The notes below the pieces were generated by a model, which made no database searches, had not been told where the DNA came from, and saw only the letters and a program-made list of their open reading frames with translations. Positions 20,420 through 30,281 of a DNA stretch of 64,000 bases are shown here, piece by piece (the first letter of the stretch is position 1; each line of letters begins with the position of its first letter). The translations under genes were made by a program, and so were the position numbers. The DNA is from an uncultured Bacteroidota bacterium. GTDB lineage: Bacteria > Bacteroidota > Bacteroidia > Flavobacteriales > Flavobacteriaceae. The DNA is taken from NCBI GenBank assembly GCA_902509675.1, contig CABWYN010000003.1, positions 3,057 to 67,056 on the forward strand, in the 5' to 3' direction.

Positions 20420-21238
20420 ATGAAAAGATTATTTAGTTTATTAGGGATAATGACAATATTATTTGTTCAATCTATCCAAGCATTTCCTTTACAAGATGAT
20501 GCGGAAATGTCAGAAGTTCAGGATTCAGTCCAAACAATGGATGCTGCAGAAATGGAACAACCGGTAATGGAAGAGCCAGTTATGGAAGAGCCAGTTGAAG
20601 AGGAGCAATTGAACTTTCACCAGGAATTAAAAAAGAGATTTATTGAAGGAGGCCCTGGATTTATGGGAATTGTTTTATTATGTCTTATTCTTGGTCTAGC
20701 TATAGCAATTGAAAGGATTATTTACCTAAACCTTTCCACGTCTGATTCTGAAAAACTAACAGCAGAGGTTGAGTCAGCTATCAAATCAGGTGGTGTCAAA
20801 GCTGCAAAAGAAGTTTGTAGAAATACACCTGGACCTGTTGCTTCAATTTTTTATCAAGGTCTTGATCGATCAAATGAAAGTATTGAGTCAGCTGAAAAAG
20901 CGGTAATTGCTTACGGAGGTGTGCAAATGGGTCAGTTGGAAAAAAATGTTTCTTGGATTTCTTTATTTATTGCACTAGCTCCTATGCTTGGTTTCATGGG
21001 AACTGTAATTGGAATGATTCAAGCATTTGACAAAATTGAAGCTGCTGGAGACATGCAGCCTTCACTTGTTGCAGGTGGTATTAAGGTAGCCCTGTTGACT
21101 ACGGTTTTTGGTTTGATTGTGGCAATTATTCTGCAAATTTTCTACAACTACATTATTGCTAAAATAGACAGTATCGTAAATGATATGGAAAACGCATCTA
21201 TTTCTCTAATGGACATATTAGTGAATAACAAGAAATAA
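20420..21238 (+). CDS. exbB: MotA/TolQ/ExbB proton-channel family protein with an acidic N-terminal periplasmic extension
   Basis: True start is MKRLFSLLGIM.. at 20420; the track ORF start at 20270 runs through the tRNA-Ser gene. Conserved LAPMLGFMGTVIGMIQAF. Confidence 0.85.
   Translation: MKRLFSLLGIMTILFVQSIQAFPLQDDAEMSEVQDSVQTMDAAEMEQPVMEEPVMEEPVEEEQLNFHQELKKRFIEGGPGFMGIVLLCLILGLAIAIERIIYLNLSTSDSEKLTAEVESAIKSGGVKAAKEVCRNTPGPVASIFYQGLDRSNESIESAEKAVIAYGGVQMGQLEKNVSWISLFIALAPMLGFMGTVIGMIQAFDKIEAAGDMQPSLVAGGIKVALLTTVFGLIVAIILQIFYNYIIAKIDSIVNDMENASISLMDILVNNKK
20552..20596 (+). repeat. 15-bp in-frame tandem repeat (3 copies, the last 2 identical) inside exbB, encoding (M-E-E/Q-P-V)n
   Basis: ATGGAACAACCGGTA / ATGGAAGAGCCAGTT / ATGGAAGAGCCAGTT, read directly from the sequence. 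Confidence 0.8.
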
Positions 21239-21244
21239 TTTACT

Positions 21245-21652
21245 ATGAATTTATATAATATAATCAAGTATACAGCAATTGGTTTATCACTGCTCGGTAT
21301 TGTTTTTGTCTTAGTAATATTATCAGATGTCCTTTCTGGGATTGACATGATATTATACAATGCATATGTTGTTCTTTTCATCATAGTTACATCTGTATTG
21401 TATTTTGGAATTAAAAATATGATAGGTGACAAGGCAAACCTGATGAACACACTAAAAATGATCGGATCTTTTCTTGGATTATTTGCTTTATGTTTTTTAA
21501 TGGCTTCAGGAGAAGAAACTCTGATGAGAGAAGGCAAAATATTATCAGCAACAAGCTCCAAGTTTATAGGTGCAGCATTATTTATGTTCTATTCGCTTAT
21601 TGTTATCGCAAGTGGAACTATGCTGTTTTTCGGATTTAAAAACAGAAAATAA
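21245..21652 (+). CDS. Hypothetical 4-TM membrane protein embedded between exbB and exbD
   Basis: 135 aa. Gaps of 6 nt to both neighbours on the same strand. Preferred over the antisense ORF 21148..21561. Confidence 0.55.
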   Translation: MNLYNIIKYTAIGLSLLGIVFVLVILSDVLSGIDMILYNAYVVLFIIVTSVLYFGIKNMIGDKANLMNTLKMIGSFLGLFALCFLMASGEETLMREGKILSATSSKFIGAALFMFYSLIVIASGTMLFFGFKNRK

Positions 21653-21658
21653 TTTAAT

Positions 21659-22255
21659 ATGGCAAGAAGATCATCACCTGAAGTAAATGCGGGATCAATG
21701 GCTGACATTGCTTTTCTTTTATTGATTTTTTTCTTAGTAACCACTACTATCGAGACAGATTCGGGTATAAGCAGAAAGTTACCCCCAATGGAGGAATCTG
21801 AAGAGGACGTAGTTATTAAGCAAAAGAATATTTTTACGGTTTTGTTAAACGGTAAAGATCAACTGTTGGTAGAGGATGAGTTAATGGAGCTAGAGGATCT
21901 GAGAGATGCAGCAATTAGTTTTCTAGATAATGGTGGTGGTTCTGGTGAAGATGCTTGTAATTATTGTAAAGGCGAAGGGAATAAGAAATCTTCTGACAAT
22001 CCGGATAAAGCAATTATTTCTTTAAAAAATGAAAGAGAAACTTCTTATGCAACATATATTTCTGTACAAAACGAATTGGTAGCAGCTTACACTCACTTGA
22101 GAAATATCAGAGCTCAGGAGTTATACGGAATTAGTTATTCTGAAATGATGAATAATTATAAGGATGTAAACTGGCCAGGAAACAGAGACAAGTTAAAAGA
22201 AAATATTAATAGGCTTCGAAAGGAGTACCCTCAGAAGCTTTCGGAAGTTCAATAA
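21659..22255 (+). CDS. exbD: Biopolymer transport protein ExbD/TolR family (long form, 198 aa)
   Basis: N-terminal ..NAGSMADIAFLLLIFFLVTT TM anchor, then a periplasmic domain with a CNYC insert. Confidence 0.8.
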   Translation: MARRSSPEVNAGSMADIAFLLLIFFLVTTTIETDSGISRKLPPMEESEEDVVIKQKNIFTVLLNGKDQLLVEDELMELEDLRDAAISFLDNGGGSGEDACNYCKGEGNKKSSDNPDKAIISLKNERETSYATYISVQNELVAAYTHLRNIRAQELYGISYSEMMNNYKDVNWPGNRDKLKENINRLRKEYPQKLSEVQ

Positions 22256-22268
22256 CTAAGATAAATTT

Positions 22269-22751
22269 ATGTCAAAATTTAATAAAAAGAAAAAGGGAGA
22301 TTTGCCAGCTGTAAACACAGCATCACTTCCTGATATTGTTTTTATGCTTTTGTTCTTTTTTATGGTAGCTACTGTAATGAGAGATAACGAGTTAAAGATT
22401 AAAAATGAGTTACCTGCTGCAAATCAAGTTGAAAAGCTAGACAAAAAAGAATTAGTTATGTATATATATGCAGGTAAACCGAATTTTGGATATCAATCAA
22501 AATTTGGAACCGAGGCTAGGCTTCAGTTAAATGATAAGTTTTCTGAAGTTTCTGATATTCCTGCATTTATTTATGCTGAAAGAGAATCTAAAAGAGAAGA
22601 ATTAAGACCCTTTTTAACGACGGCTTTAAAAGTTGATAAGGAAACAAATATGGGAATTATTGGAGATATAAAACAAGAGTTAAGAAAGGTTAATGCCTTA
22701 AAAATTAATTACACTACCAGAATTGGTGATGTATCTTTAAATAAAAAGTAA
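22269..22751 (+). CDS. exbD: Biopolymer transport protein ExbD/TolR family (second copy)
   Basis: ..NTASLPDIVFMLLFFFMVAT anchor. 160 aa. Confidence 0.8.
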   Translation: MSKFNKKKKGDLPAVNTASLPDIVFMLLFFFMVATVMRDNELKIKNELPAANQVEKLDKKELVMYIYAGKPNFGYQSKFGTEARLQLNDKFSEVSDIPAFIYAERESKREELRPFLTTALKVDKETNMGIIGDIKQELRKVNALKINYTTRIGDVSLNKK

Positions 22752-22755
22752 ATCC

Positions 22756-24183
22756 TTAAATTTCTTTTCGTAATCTGGCAACAGGGATATTTAGTTGCTC
22801 CCTGTATTTAGCTACTGTTCTCCTAGCTATTTTATAACCTTTTTCATTAAGAATATTTACCAACTTTTCATCCGTTTCCGGCTTTCTTTTGTTTTCGTTG
22901 GCTATAATTTTTTCTAATATTTTTTTGATTTCTATAGTTGAAATCTCTTCCCCACTAGTAGTTTTCATTGATTCGCTAAAAAATTCTTTCAACAGCTTTG
23001 TTCCATATGGAGTATCGACATATTTGCTATTAGCCACTCTCGAAATAGTAGAAATATCCATTTCAATTTCGTTTGCAATATCTTTTAAGATCATGGGCTT
23101 GATTTTTCTTTCGTCTCCAGAAATAAAGTACTCTTTCTGATAATTCATTATTGCCTGCATGGTAATGAATAGTGTTTGTTGTCGTTGCCTTACAGCATCT
23201 ATAAACCACTTAGCTGAATCTAATTTTTGTTTTATAAATTGAATTGCCTCTCTTTGAGATTTAGATTTATTTTTTTCAAGTTTATATCCTTTAAGCATTT
23301 CATCATAGTCTCTTGAAATATTAAGTGTCGGACTATTTCTATAATTCAGCTCTAATAAAAGTTCGTTATTTTCAATCGAAATTTTAAAATCAGGAATTAC
23401 TTGTTCTATAGGCTTTCCTCCTCCCGAGTATGACCCCCCTGGTTTTGGATTAAGTTTTGAAATTATTGTAATTACCTCCTTGAGTTGTTCTTCGCTGATA
23501 GAGTACTTATTCATTAATTTTTCAAAATGTTTTTTTGAAAACTGTTCAAATGAATTTTCAATTATTTCTATTGCCATTAATACTGCACTGGAACTTTTTT
23601 TTCTTTTTAATTGAATAATAAGACAATCTTGTAAGGATAAAGCACCAACACCTGCAGGATCAAATTCTTGAACAATTTTTAGCACCTCTGTTAGCTCTTC
23701 GCTTGAAACAATTAAATTTTGTGTAAAAGCTAGATCATCAATTATCTCTTCTAAATCTAATCTTATATACCCAGATTCATCAATGCTTCCAACTAAAAAT
23801 TCTGCAATTCTCATTTTCTTTTCGCTGAGACTAATTGGTTTGAGTTGTGATATAAGATGTTGAGTAAATGAGATTCCTGATGAAAAGGGAATATTTTTAT
23901 CCTCTTGATTTCCTGAATTATTTGAATTTAATTTATAAGATGGGGTATCATCATAATTAATATAATCATCAATATCTAAATCATCAGATTCTGAGTAATC
24001 CTCATCATTTTCATTATCATTTTCATCGGATGAGTTTTGACCTTGTTCTAAAGCAGGATTTTCTTCAATTTCTCTCTGAATTTTCTGTTCAAAATCTAAG
24101 GTAGGAAGTTGAATCAACTTCATTAGCTGAATTTGCTGAGGGGATAATTTTTGAGATAATTTTAATTTTAAGAACTGTTTCAT
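22756..24183 (-). CDS. rpoN: RNA polymerase sigma-54 factor
   Basis: N-terminal LKLSQKLSPQQIQLMKLIQL and a C-terminal RpoN box (ARRTVAKYREQLNIP). Confidence 0.95.
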   Translation of the reverse strand: MKQFLKLKLSQKLSPQQIQLMKLIQLPTLDFEQKIQREIEENPALEQGQNSSDENDNENDEDYSESDDLDIDDYINYDDTPSYKLNSNNSGNQEDKNIPFSSGISFTQHLISQLKPISLSEKKMRIAEFLVGSIDESGYIRLDLEEIIDDLAFTQNLIVSSEELTEVLKIVQEFDPAGVGALSLQDCLIIQLKRKKSSSAVLMAIEIIENSFEQFSKKHFEKLMNKYSISEEQLKEVITIISKLNPKPGGSYSGGGKPIEQVIPDFKISIENNELLLELNYRNSPTLNISRDYDEMLKGYKLEKNKSKSQREAIQFIKQKLDSAKWFIDAVRQRQQTLFITMQAIMNYQKEYFISGDERKIKPMILKDIANEIEMDISTISRVANSKYVDTPYGTKLLKEFFSESMKTTSGEEISTIEIKKILEKIIANENKRKPETDEKLVNILNEKGYKIARRTVAKYREQLNIPVARLRKEI

Positions 24184-24188
24184 ATTAT

Positions 24189-25625
24189 TTAAAACTCAGC
24201 ATTTTTAGGTGTTCTAGGGAACGGTATTACATCTCTAATATTGGTCATTCCAGTTGCAAACATAACTAATCTTTCAAACCCTAGTCCAAAGCCTGAGTGA
24301 ACTGCAGTTCCATATTTTCTTAAATCGGTGTACCACCATAATTCCTTTTCATCGATTCCTATTTGTTTAATTTTTTTTAATAAAACATCTAATCTCTCTT
24401 CTCTTTGAGATCCTCCGACAATTTCACCAATTCCAGGAAATAGGATATCCATTGCTCTCACTGTTTTCCCGTCATCATTTAATCTCATATAAAAAGATTT
24501 TATTTTTGCTGGGTAATCATATATTACAACTGGACATTTAAATTCTTTTTCAACAAGGAATCTTTCGTGTTCACTTTGTAAATCAGCACCCCATTCATCA
24601 ATTATATATTTAAATTTTTTCTTTTTATTTGGCTTACAATTTCTTAAAATCTCTATAGCCTCAGAATAAGTAATTACTTTAAATTTATTAGTAATAACAA
24701 AATTCAACTTTTCTGTCAAGCTGAGCTCATTTCTTTCGTTTTGAGGCTTTTGTTTTTCTTCGTTTAATAATCTTGTTTCTAAAAAATCAAGATCATCGAT
24801 ATTATTTTTTAAGATATAATCGATAACATATTTAAGAAAATCTTCTGCTAACTCTATATTTCCCTTAATATCCATAAATGCAACCTCAGGCTCAATCATC
24901 CAGAATTCAGAAAGGTGTCTAGAGGTATTGGAATTCTCAGCACGAAAAGTTGGCCCAAAGGTGTATACTTTTCCCATTGACATTGCATATGCCTCTGCCT
25001 CAAGTTGCCCTGAAACAGTTAAATTAGTTTCTTTGCCAAAAAAGTCTTCTTTAAAATCAATTTTTCCTGATGAATCAACAGGTGTATTTTTTAAATCTAA
25101 TGTAGTCACTCTGAATTGTTCACCAGCTCCCTCTGCATCACTTCCTGTAATTATTGGAGTATGAACATAGTAAAATCCGTTTAGATTAAAATAACTATGA
25201 ATAGCAAAAGACAATGAAGATCGGATTCTCATTACAGCACTAAAGGTATTAGTCCTTGTTCTCAAGTGCGCATTTTCTCTCAGAAATTCAAAAGAATGTT
25301 TTTTAGGTTGTATTGGATAAATTTCCGCATCAGCTTCACCTAAAATTTCAAATTTACTTACCTGAATTTCTGTAGATTGTTTTGATCCTTGACTGGACAC
25401 TAATTTTCCTGTAACTGACAAGGCTGCACCAGTTGATATTTTTTTTAGTTCTTCTTGATTTGTATTTTCAAAATCAATAACACACTGAATATTTTTTAGA
25501 CAAGACCCATCATTCAATGCAATAAATCTATTAGCCCTAAAAGATTTCACCCATCCGCATACTGAGACTTCATGATCAACATGTTTATCAGAGCTAATAA
25601 TCTCATTTATAGAAATACCATTCAT
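24189..25625 (-). CDS. asnS: Asparaginyl-tRNA synthetase
   Basis: FRAENSNTSRHLSEFWMIEPE and GFGLGFERL class II motifs. rpoN starts 5 nt after the asnS stop. Confidence 0.95.
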   Translation of the reverse strand: MNGISINEIISSDKHVDHEVSVCGWVKSFRANRFIALNDGSCLKNIQCVIDFENTNQEELKKISTGAALSVTGKLVSSQGSKQSTEIQVSKFEILGEADAEIYPIQPKKHSFEFLRENAHLRTRTNTFSAVMRIRSSLSFAIHSYFNLNGFYYVHTPIITGSDAEGAGEQFRVTTLDLKNTPVDSSGKIDFKEDFFGKETNLTVSGQLEAEAYAMSMGKVYTFGPTFRAENSNTSRHLSEFWMIEPEVAFMDIKGNIELAEDFLKYVIDYILKNNIDDLDFLETRLLNEEKQKPQNERNELSLTEKLNFVITNKFKVITYSEAIEILRNCKPNKKKKFKYIIDEWGADLQSEHERFLVEKEFKCPVVIYDYPAKIKSFYMRLNDDGKTVRAMDILFPGIGEIVGGSQREERLDVLLKKIKQIGIDEKELWWYTDLRKYGTAVHSGFGLGFERLVMFATGMTNIRDVIPFPRTPKNAEF

Positions 25626-25641
25626 TATTAAATAATTTATT

Positions 25642-25649
25642 CAAATATA
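25642..25649 (-). promoter_or_regulatory. Candidate -7 promoter element (TAtaTTTG on the minus strand) for asnS-rpoN
   Basis: Exact TAnnTTTG match 16 nt upstream of the asnS ATG. Confidence 0.4.
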
Positions 25650-25667
25650 TGTCTTTGCAGCTAAATA

Positions 25668-28052
25668 TTATAATTCCTCCTGATCAGAAAGAATTTTAAT
25701 TTTTGGATCTTTCAGCACTTTTTCGTTCGCTATGGACTTATCTAAAGTTAATAGAAGAGAAGGTAAGAGTAAAAGATTTGACAACATTGCCAATAACAGT
25801 GTACCAGAAACTAGTGCTCCAAGAGCAACAGTTCCTCCAAAATTTGAAACCACAAAAACTGAAAATCCAAAAAATAACACAATTGACGTATAGAACATAC
25901 TCAGACCTGTCTCTCTTACAGAATTATATACAGATTTTTTTACTTGCCATTTATTATCTTGTAGTTCTTGCCTATACTTAGCCAGGAAATGAATTGTGTC
26001 ATCAACCGATATCCCAAAGGCAATACTAAAAATCAATATTGTAGAGGGCTTGATTGGAATTCCAATATATCCCATTAAGCCAGCAGTAATCAGAAGGGGT
26101 AGTAAATTAGGAATCAGAGATATAATGATCATTCTAAAATTTCTAAATAAATATGCCATAAATAAAGAAATCAAAACTACTGCTAAGCCAAGCGACCAAA
26201 CAAGATTATCGACTAAGAAATAGGTTCCTTTTTGAAATAAATAAGCTTTTCCAGTCAAGAAAACTTCAAATCTTTCAGCGGGCATTACCTTTTCAATTTC
26301 AGCATTTAGTTCTTCTTCAATTCTTTCCATTCTTTCAATCTTCATGTCTTTCATGAAAGTTGTAATTCGAGTATATTGCCCTGTACTGTCAACAAAATTA
26401 TTTAATAGGTCAACCTCAGAGGTTGAGTTTTTTGCATACGAAAGAATAAAACTATTTTCTTGAGAAGTTGGAACTTGATAATATTTTGGATTACCGTTAT
26501 AAAATGCTTGCTTTGAATATTTAACAAGACTTACAACAGATATGGGTCTGGATAACTCAGGAAATTTTTTAATTATATTTTCCACAATCTCCATTTTCTT
26601 AATTGTAGACAGCTTAGTTATTGATTTTTTTCTTTTTGAATCAATATAAATTTCCAAGGGTAAAATACCGTTAAATTCTTTTTCATAGTAAAGAATATCG
26701 TCAAAGAATTCAGTATTTCTGGGCATATCATCGATAAAACTTCCAGAGATTTCAATCTTATAAATACCAATAATACTTACGGCAAGCATAATTACAGAAA
26801 TCACATAAACTTCAATTTTTTTGGTTTTTACAACATTAACCATCCAATTTAAAAGAGTTGTAATCCATTTTTTATTTTGATGTTCAAGATGTTTTTCATC
26901 TGGAACAGGAAGAAAACTATAAACAATCGGAATAATTAACAGACATAAAATAAATATCGACAAGATACTTAATGATGCAACTACACCAAATTCGTTCAAT
27001 AATTTACTGTCAGTTGTAATAAATGTGGCAAATCCAGAAGCAGTGGTTACATTGGTCATTAGCGTTGCATTACCAATTTTAGTTATTACTTTCTTTAGTG
27101 ATAATGACTTGTTTCCGTGCTTATTTAATTCATGTTGGTACTTATTTATCAAGAAAATACAATTAGGCATTCCGATCACTATAATTAAAGGAGGGATAAT
27201 AGCTGTAAGAACAGTTAATTCATATTCTAAAATTCCAACGATGCCCAAGGTCCACATTACCCCAATGCAAACTGTCATTATAGAAATAAATGTTGCTCTA
27301 AAAGATCTAAAAAACAGAAAGAAAATTAATGAAGTTACTACAATAGCAAGTATAATAAACTTTCCTAGTTCGGCTTTAATTGTTTCTGAGTACTTAGTTC
27401 GAACATATGGCATTCCAGATATTCTAACATCAAGATTATATTTTTGTTCAAATTCAGAAACCCTTGGTAGTAAAACATTATTTACAAATTGCTCTCTTAA
27501 AACAGTATTCACTACTTCAGTTTTCAAATTTATTGCAGTTCTTACAGCTTTTGTTTCAGAATTAATCAAAAACTTATCGTAGAAAGGAGAATTATTAAAT
27601 ATTTCTTCTTTAAGTAAATCTAGCTCAGATTCAGTGGTTAAGGAATCTTTTATAAAAGGTTCAATATAAAATTGTCTTGATGTCTTATTTTTCTTTAATT
27701 TTTGTAAATCTCCAAATGCAATTACGGTTGACACATCTTTATGGTCTTTAAAAGAATGAGAAAGTTCATTCCAGGCATTTAATTTTTCAATTGTAAATAG
27801 AGTAGAATCCTTTACAGAGATTACTATTAGATTTCCTTCTTCACCAAATTTATCAGTAAAAGACTTATACTTAATATTTTCAGGATGAGTAGCAGGTAAT
27901 AAATTTGCTTCGGTATATGTAAATCTAATTTTATCCCAGTGGGTAGTAAAGAAATATGTAACTATTAGAAGGGATAAGATTATAAGAATCCTATTTTTTA
28001 GAATTATTCCGGAAATTTTTTCCCAAAAACCAGAAAAAAGACTCTTGATCAT
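25668..28052 (-). CDS. RND-superfamily / MMPL-like exporter (two 6-TM bundles, each preceded by a large periplasmic loop)
   Basis: 794 aa with the topology pattern typical of single-polypeptide RND/SSD transporters. Substrate unknown. Confidence 0.65.
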   Translation of the reverse strand: MIKSLFSGFWEKISGIILKNRILIILSLLIVTYFFTTHWDKIRFTYTEANLLPATHPENIKYKSFTDKFGEEGNLIVISVKDSTLFTIEKLNAWNELSHSFKDHKDVSTVIAFGDLQKLKKNKTSRQFYIEPFIKDSLTTESELDLLKEEIFNNSPFYDKFLINSETKAVRTAINLKTEVVNTVLREQFVNNVLLPRVSEFEQKYNLDVRISGMPYVRTKYSETIKAELGKFIILAIVVTSLIFFLFFRSFRATFISIMTVCIGVMWTLGIVGILEYELTVLTAIIPPLIIVIGMPNCIFLINKYQHELNKHGNKSLSLKKVITKIGNATLMTNVTTASGFATFITTDSKLLNEFGVVASLSILSIFILCLLIIPIVYSFLPVPDEKHLEHQNKKWITTLLNWMVNVVKTKKIEVYVISVIMLAVSIIGIYKIEISGSFIDDMPRNTEFFDDILYYEKEFNGILPLEIYIDSKRKKSITKLSTIKKMEIVENIIKKFPELSRPISVVSLVKYSKQAFYNGNPKYYQVPTSQENSFILSYAKNSTSEVDLLNNFVDSTGQYTRITTFMKDMKIERMERIEEELNAEIEKVMPAERFEVFLTGKAYLFQKGTYFLVDNLVWSLGLAVVLISLFMAYLFRNFRMIIISLIPNLLPLLITAGLMGYIGIPIKPSTILIFSIAFGISVDDTIHFLAKYRQELQDNKWQVKKSVYNSVRETGLSMFYTSIVLFFGFSVFVVSNFGGTVALGALVSGTLLLAMLSNLLLLPSLLLTLDKSIANEKVLKDPKIKILSDQEEL

Positions 28053-28115
28053 TTTTTAAATATTGGTCACGTAAAGATACTAATAACTACTCTTAATTAT
28101 TATAAAAATAAATAT

Positions 28116-28673
28116 TTATAAAGTCATTATTTCGTCTTTTTTCTTTTCGAAAATCTGTTCTGCTTTTTTAATATTATTATCTGTAATTTCTTGTATATCT
28201 AATTCAGAATTTTTTTTAAGATCTTCTGAAAAGTCTTCAGATTTCTTGATTTCATTATTTGCATCTTTTCTCGCATTTCTTATAGCAACCTTAGCCTCTT
28301 CAACTTCAATTTTAGCCTGCTTTGCTAATTCTCTTCTTCTTTCTTCAGTTAATACAGGAACATTAATTATAATATTTTCGCCATTATTCATTGGGTTAAA
28401 GCCCAGATTGGCAACCTCAATACCTTTTTCAATTTCTTGTAACATGGATTTATCCCAAGGCTGAATTACAAGAGTTCGTCCATCAGGAGTATTAACATTA
28501 GCTACTTGAGATATTGGCGTACTGGTTCCGTAATAGTCAACATACACATTTGATAGCATATTTGGATTTGCTTTACCTGCTCTAATATTCAAAAGCTTTT
28601 TTTCTAAGTGATTAATAGCACTAGACATTGAGTCTTTTGCTAAATCAAAAATAATTTCTAAATTTTCATTCAT
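28116..28673 (-). CDS. frr: Ribosome recycling factor
   Basis: 185 aa. ..LLNIRAGKANPNML.. and ..LTEERRRELAKQAK.. motifs. Confidence 0.95.
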   Translation of the reverse strand: MNENLEIIFDLAKDSMSSAINHLEKKLLNIRAGKANPNMLSNVYVDYYGTSTPISQVANVNTPDGRTLVIQPWDKSMLQEIEKGIEVANLGFNPMNNGENIIINVPVLTEERRRELAKQAKIEVEEAKVAIRNARKDANNEIKKSEDFSEDLKKNSELDIQEITDNNIKKAEQIFEKKKDEIMTL

Positions 28674-28683
28674 AATTCTTTTT

Positions 28684-29388
28684 TTACAGATTAACTATTG
28701 TACCTACTTTTTCTCCATTTAAGACTCTTGAAAGATTATCTTTTTGATTCATATCAAAAACTATTATAGGAAGATTATTTTCATGACTTAAAGTAAATGC
28801 TGTAGTATCCATTATTTTGAGACCTTTACTAATAGCTTCTTTAAATGTTATTGTTTCAAATTTAAACGCTTCAGAATTTTTATTCGGATCTTCGTTGTAA
28901 ATTCCGTCTACACGTGTTCCTTTGAGAATTACATCGGCTTCTATCTCTATAGCTCTTAATACGGCAGCTGAATCTGTTGTGAAGTATGGGTTTCCTGTGC
29001 CTGCACTAAATATTACAATCCGTTTTTTATCTAAATGCCTGATTGCTTTTCTTTTAATGAATGGTTCAGCCACTTTATTTACATTAATCGCACTTTGAAG
29101 TCTCGTGGGTATCCCAATATTTTCCAAGGTGTTTTGTAGAGCAAGACCATTAATTAGCGTAGCAAGCATACCCATATAATCTCCCTGGACTCTGTCAATT
29201 TTATACTCATTATTGAATCCTCTATATATATTTCCTCCACCAACAACAATAGCAATTTCTACTCCTTGATCATAGACTTTTTTGATTTCGCCAGCATATT
29301 TTAAAAGAATTTCTGGATCAATTCCGTTTTTTTTATCACCAGTTAAGGCTTCCCCAGAAAGTTTTAATAGGATTCTTTTGTATTTCAT
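28684..29388 (-). CDS. pyrH: UMP kinase
   Basis: MKYKRILLKLSGEAL start. The ATG at 29388 is preferred over the track's TTG at 29406, which abuts a -7 box. Confidence 0.9.
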   Translation of the reverse strand: MKYKRILLKLSGEALTGDKKNGIDPEILLKYAGEIKKVYDQGVEIAIVVGGGNIYRGFNNEYKIDRVQGDYMGMLATLINGLALQNTLENIGIPTRLQSAINVNKVAEPFIKRKAIRHLDKKRIVIFSAGTGNPYFTTDSAAVLRAIEIEADVILKGTRVDGIYNEDPNKNSEAFKFETITFKEAISKGLKIMDTTAFTLSHENNLPIIVFDMNQKDNLSRVLNGEKVGTIVNL

Positions 29389-29407
29389 TTGAAAGTTGAA
29401 TTTCAAA

Positions 29408-29415
29408 CAAATATA
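29408..29415 (-). promoter_or_regulatory. Candidate -7 promoter element (TAtaTTTG on the minus strand) for pyrH-frr
   Basis: Exact TAnnTTTG match 19 nt upstream of the ATG at 29388. Confidence 0.4.
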
Positions 29416-29453
29416 CTACACATTTATTTTGAAAAAAAATAAGAAATTTTAAA

Positions 29454-30278
29454 TTAACCTATCGAAACTCTGCTGAAAGATGTAATTGAAAGTGATGAAC
29501 TGTAATTTGAAAGATATTGTGACACACTAACTTTACCGTCTTTGATAAATGCTTGGTGAACTAATGTATTGTCCTTGAAAAATCTTTTAAGTTTTCCTTG
29601 AGCAATTTTATCTAGCATTTCTTCAGGTTTACCCTCAGCTCTAAGTTGATCTTTAGCAATTTCAATTTCTTTTTCAATTACTTCAGCGTCAACATTTTTT
29701 TCATCAAGTGCAATAGGATTCATAGCAGCAATCTGCATAGCTATGTCTTTACCAGCGACATCTATATTATCTGCTTTCTCAGAAAATCCAACCAGTGATG
29801 AAATTTTATTTCCTGCGTGTATATAGGTACCAACATATTCTGCATCAATTCTAGCGAAATCATTAATTTGGATTTTTTCTCCGATTACACCGGTTTGTTC
29901 AATCAGTTTTTCTTCGACAGTCATTTCCCCTAAATTAGCTTTAAGCAGTTCTTCCTTCGATTTACATGAAAGAGCAGTATTAGCAATTTTATGAGCCAAC
30001 TCAATAAAGTCAGCATTTTTTCCGACAAAATCTGTTTCACAGGCTAATACGACACCAATAGCAGTAGTATTTTCTTGATTAGCAACAGTAATTGCAACTC
30101 CCTCAGAAGATTCACGATCAGCTCTTTTAGCTGCAACTTTTTGCCCTTTTTTTCTTAATATTTCAATTGCTGAATCTAAATCCCCATTGGCCTCAACTAA
30201 TGCTTTTTTACAATCCATCATTCCAGCACCGGTTATTTTTCTTAAATTATTTACCTCAGCAGCAGTTACTTTTACCAT
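29454..30278 (-). CDS. tsf: Translation elongation factor Ts
   Basis: ..LRKITGAGMMDCKKAL.. UBA-like N-terminus. Starts 3 nt after the rpsB stop. Confidence 0.95.
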   Translation of the reverse strand: MVKVTAAEVNNLRKITGAGMMDCKKALVEANGDLDSAIEILRKKGQKVAAKRADRESSEGVAITVANQENTTAIGVVLACETDFVGKNADFIELAHKIANTALSCKSKEELLKANLGEMTVEEKLIEQTGVIGEKIQINDFARIDAEYVGTYIHAGNKISSLVGFSEKADNIDVAGKDIAMQIAAMNPIALDEKNVDAEVIEKEIEIAKDQLRAEGKPEEMLDKIAQGKLKRFFKDNTLVHQAFIKDGKVSVSQYLSNYSSSLSITSFSRVSIG

Positions 30279-30281
30279 GAT

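Noticed and set aside
21148-21561. 137-aa minus-strand ORF.
   Set aside because: It is antisense to the 4-TM ORF, which fits the exbB-exbD operon spacing exactly. It also overlaps the 3' end of exbB.
27025-27582. 185-aa plus-strand ORF.
   Set aside because: It lies entirely antisense inside the well-supported RND/MMPL-like gene (25668..28052) and is a shadow ORF. It has no start context or family signature.
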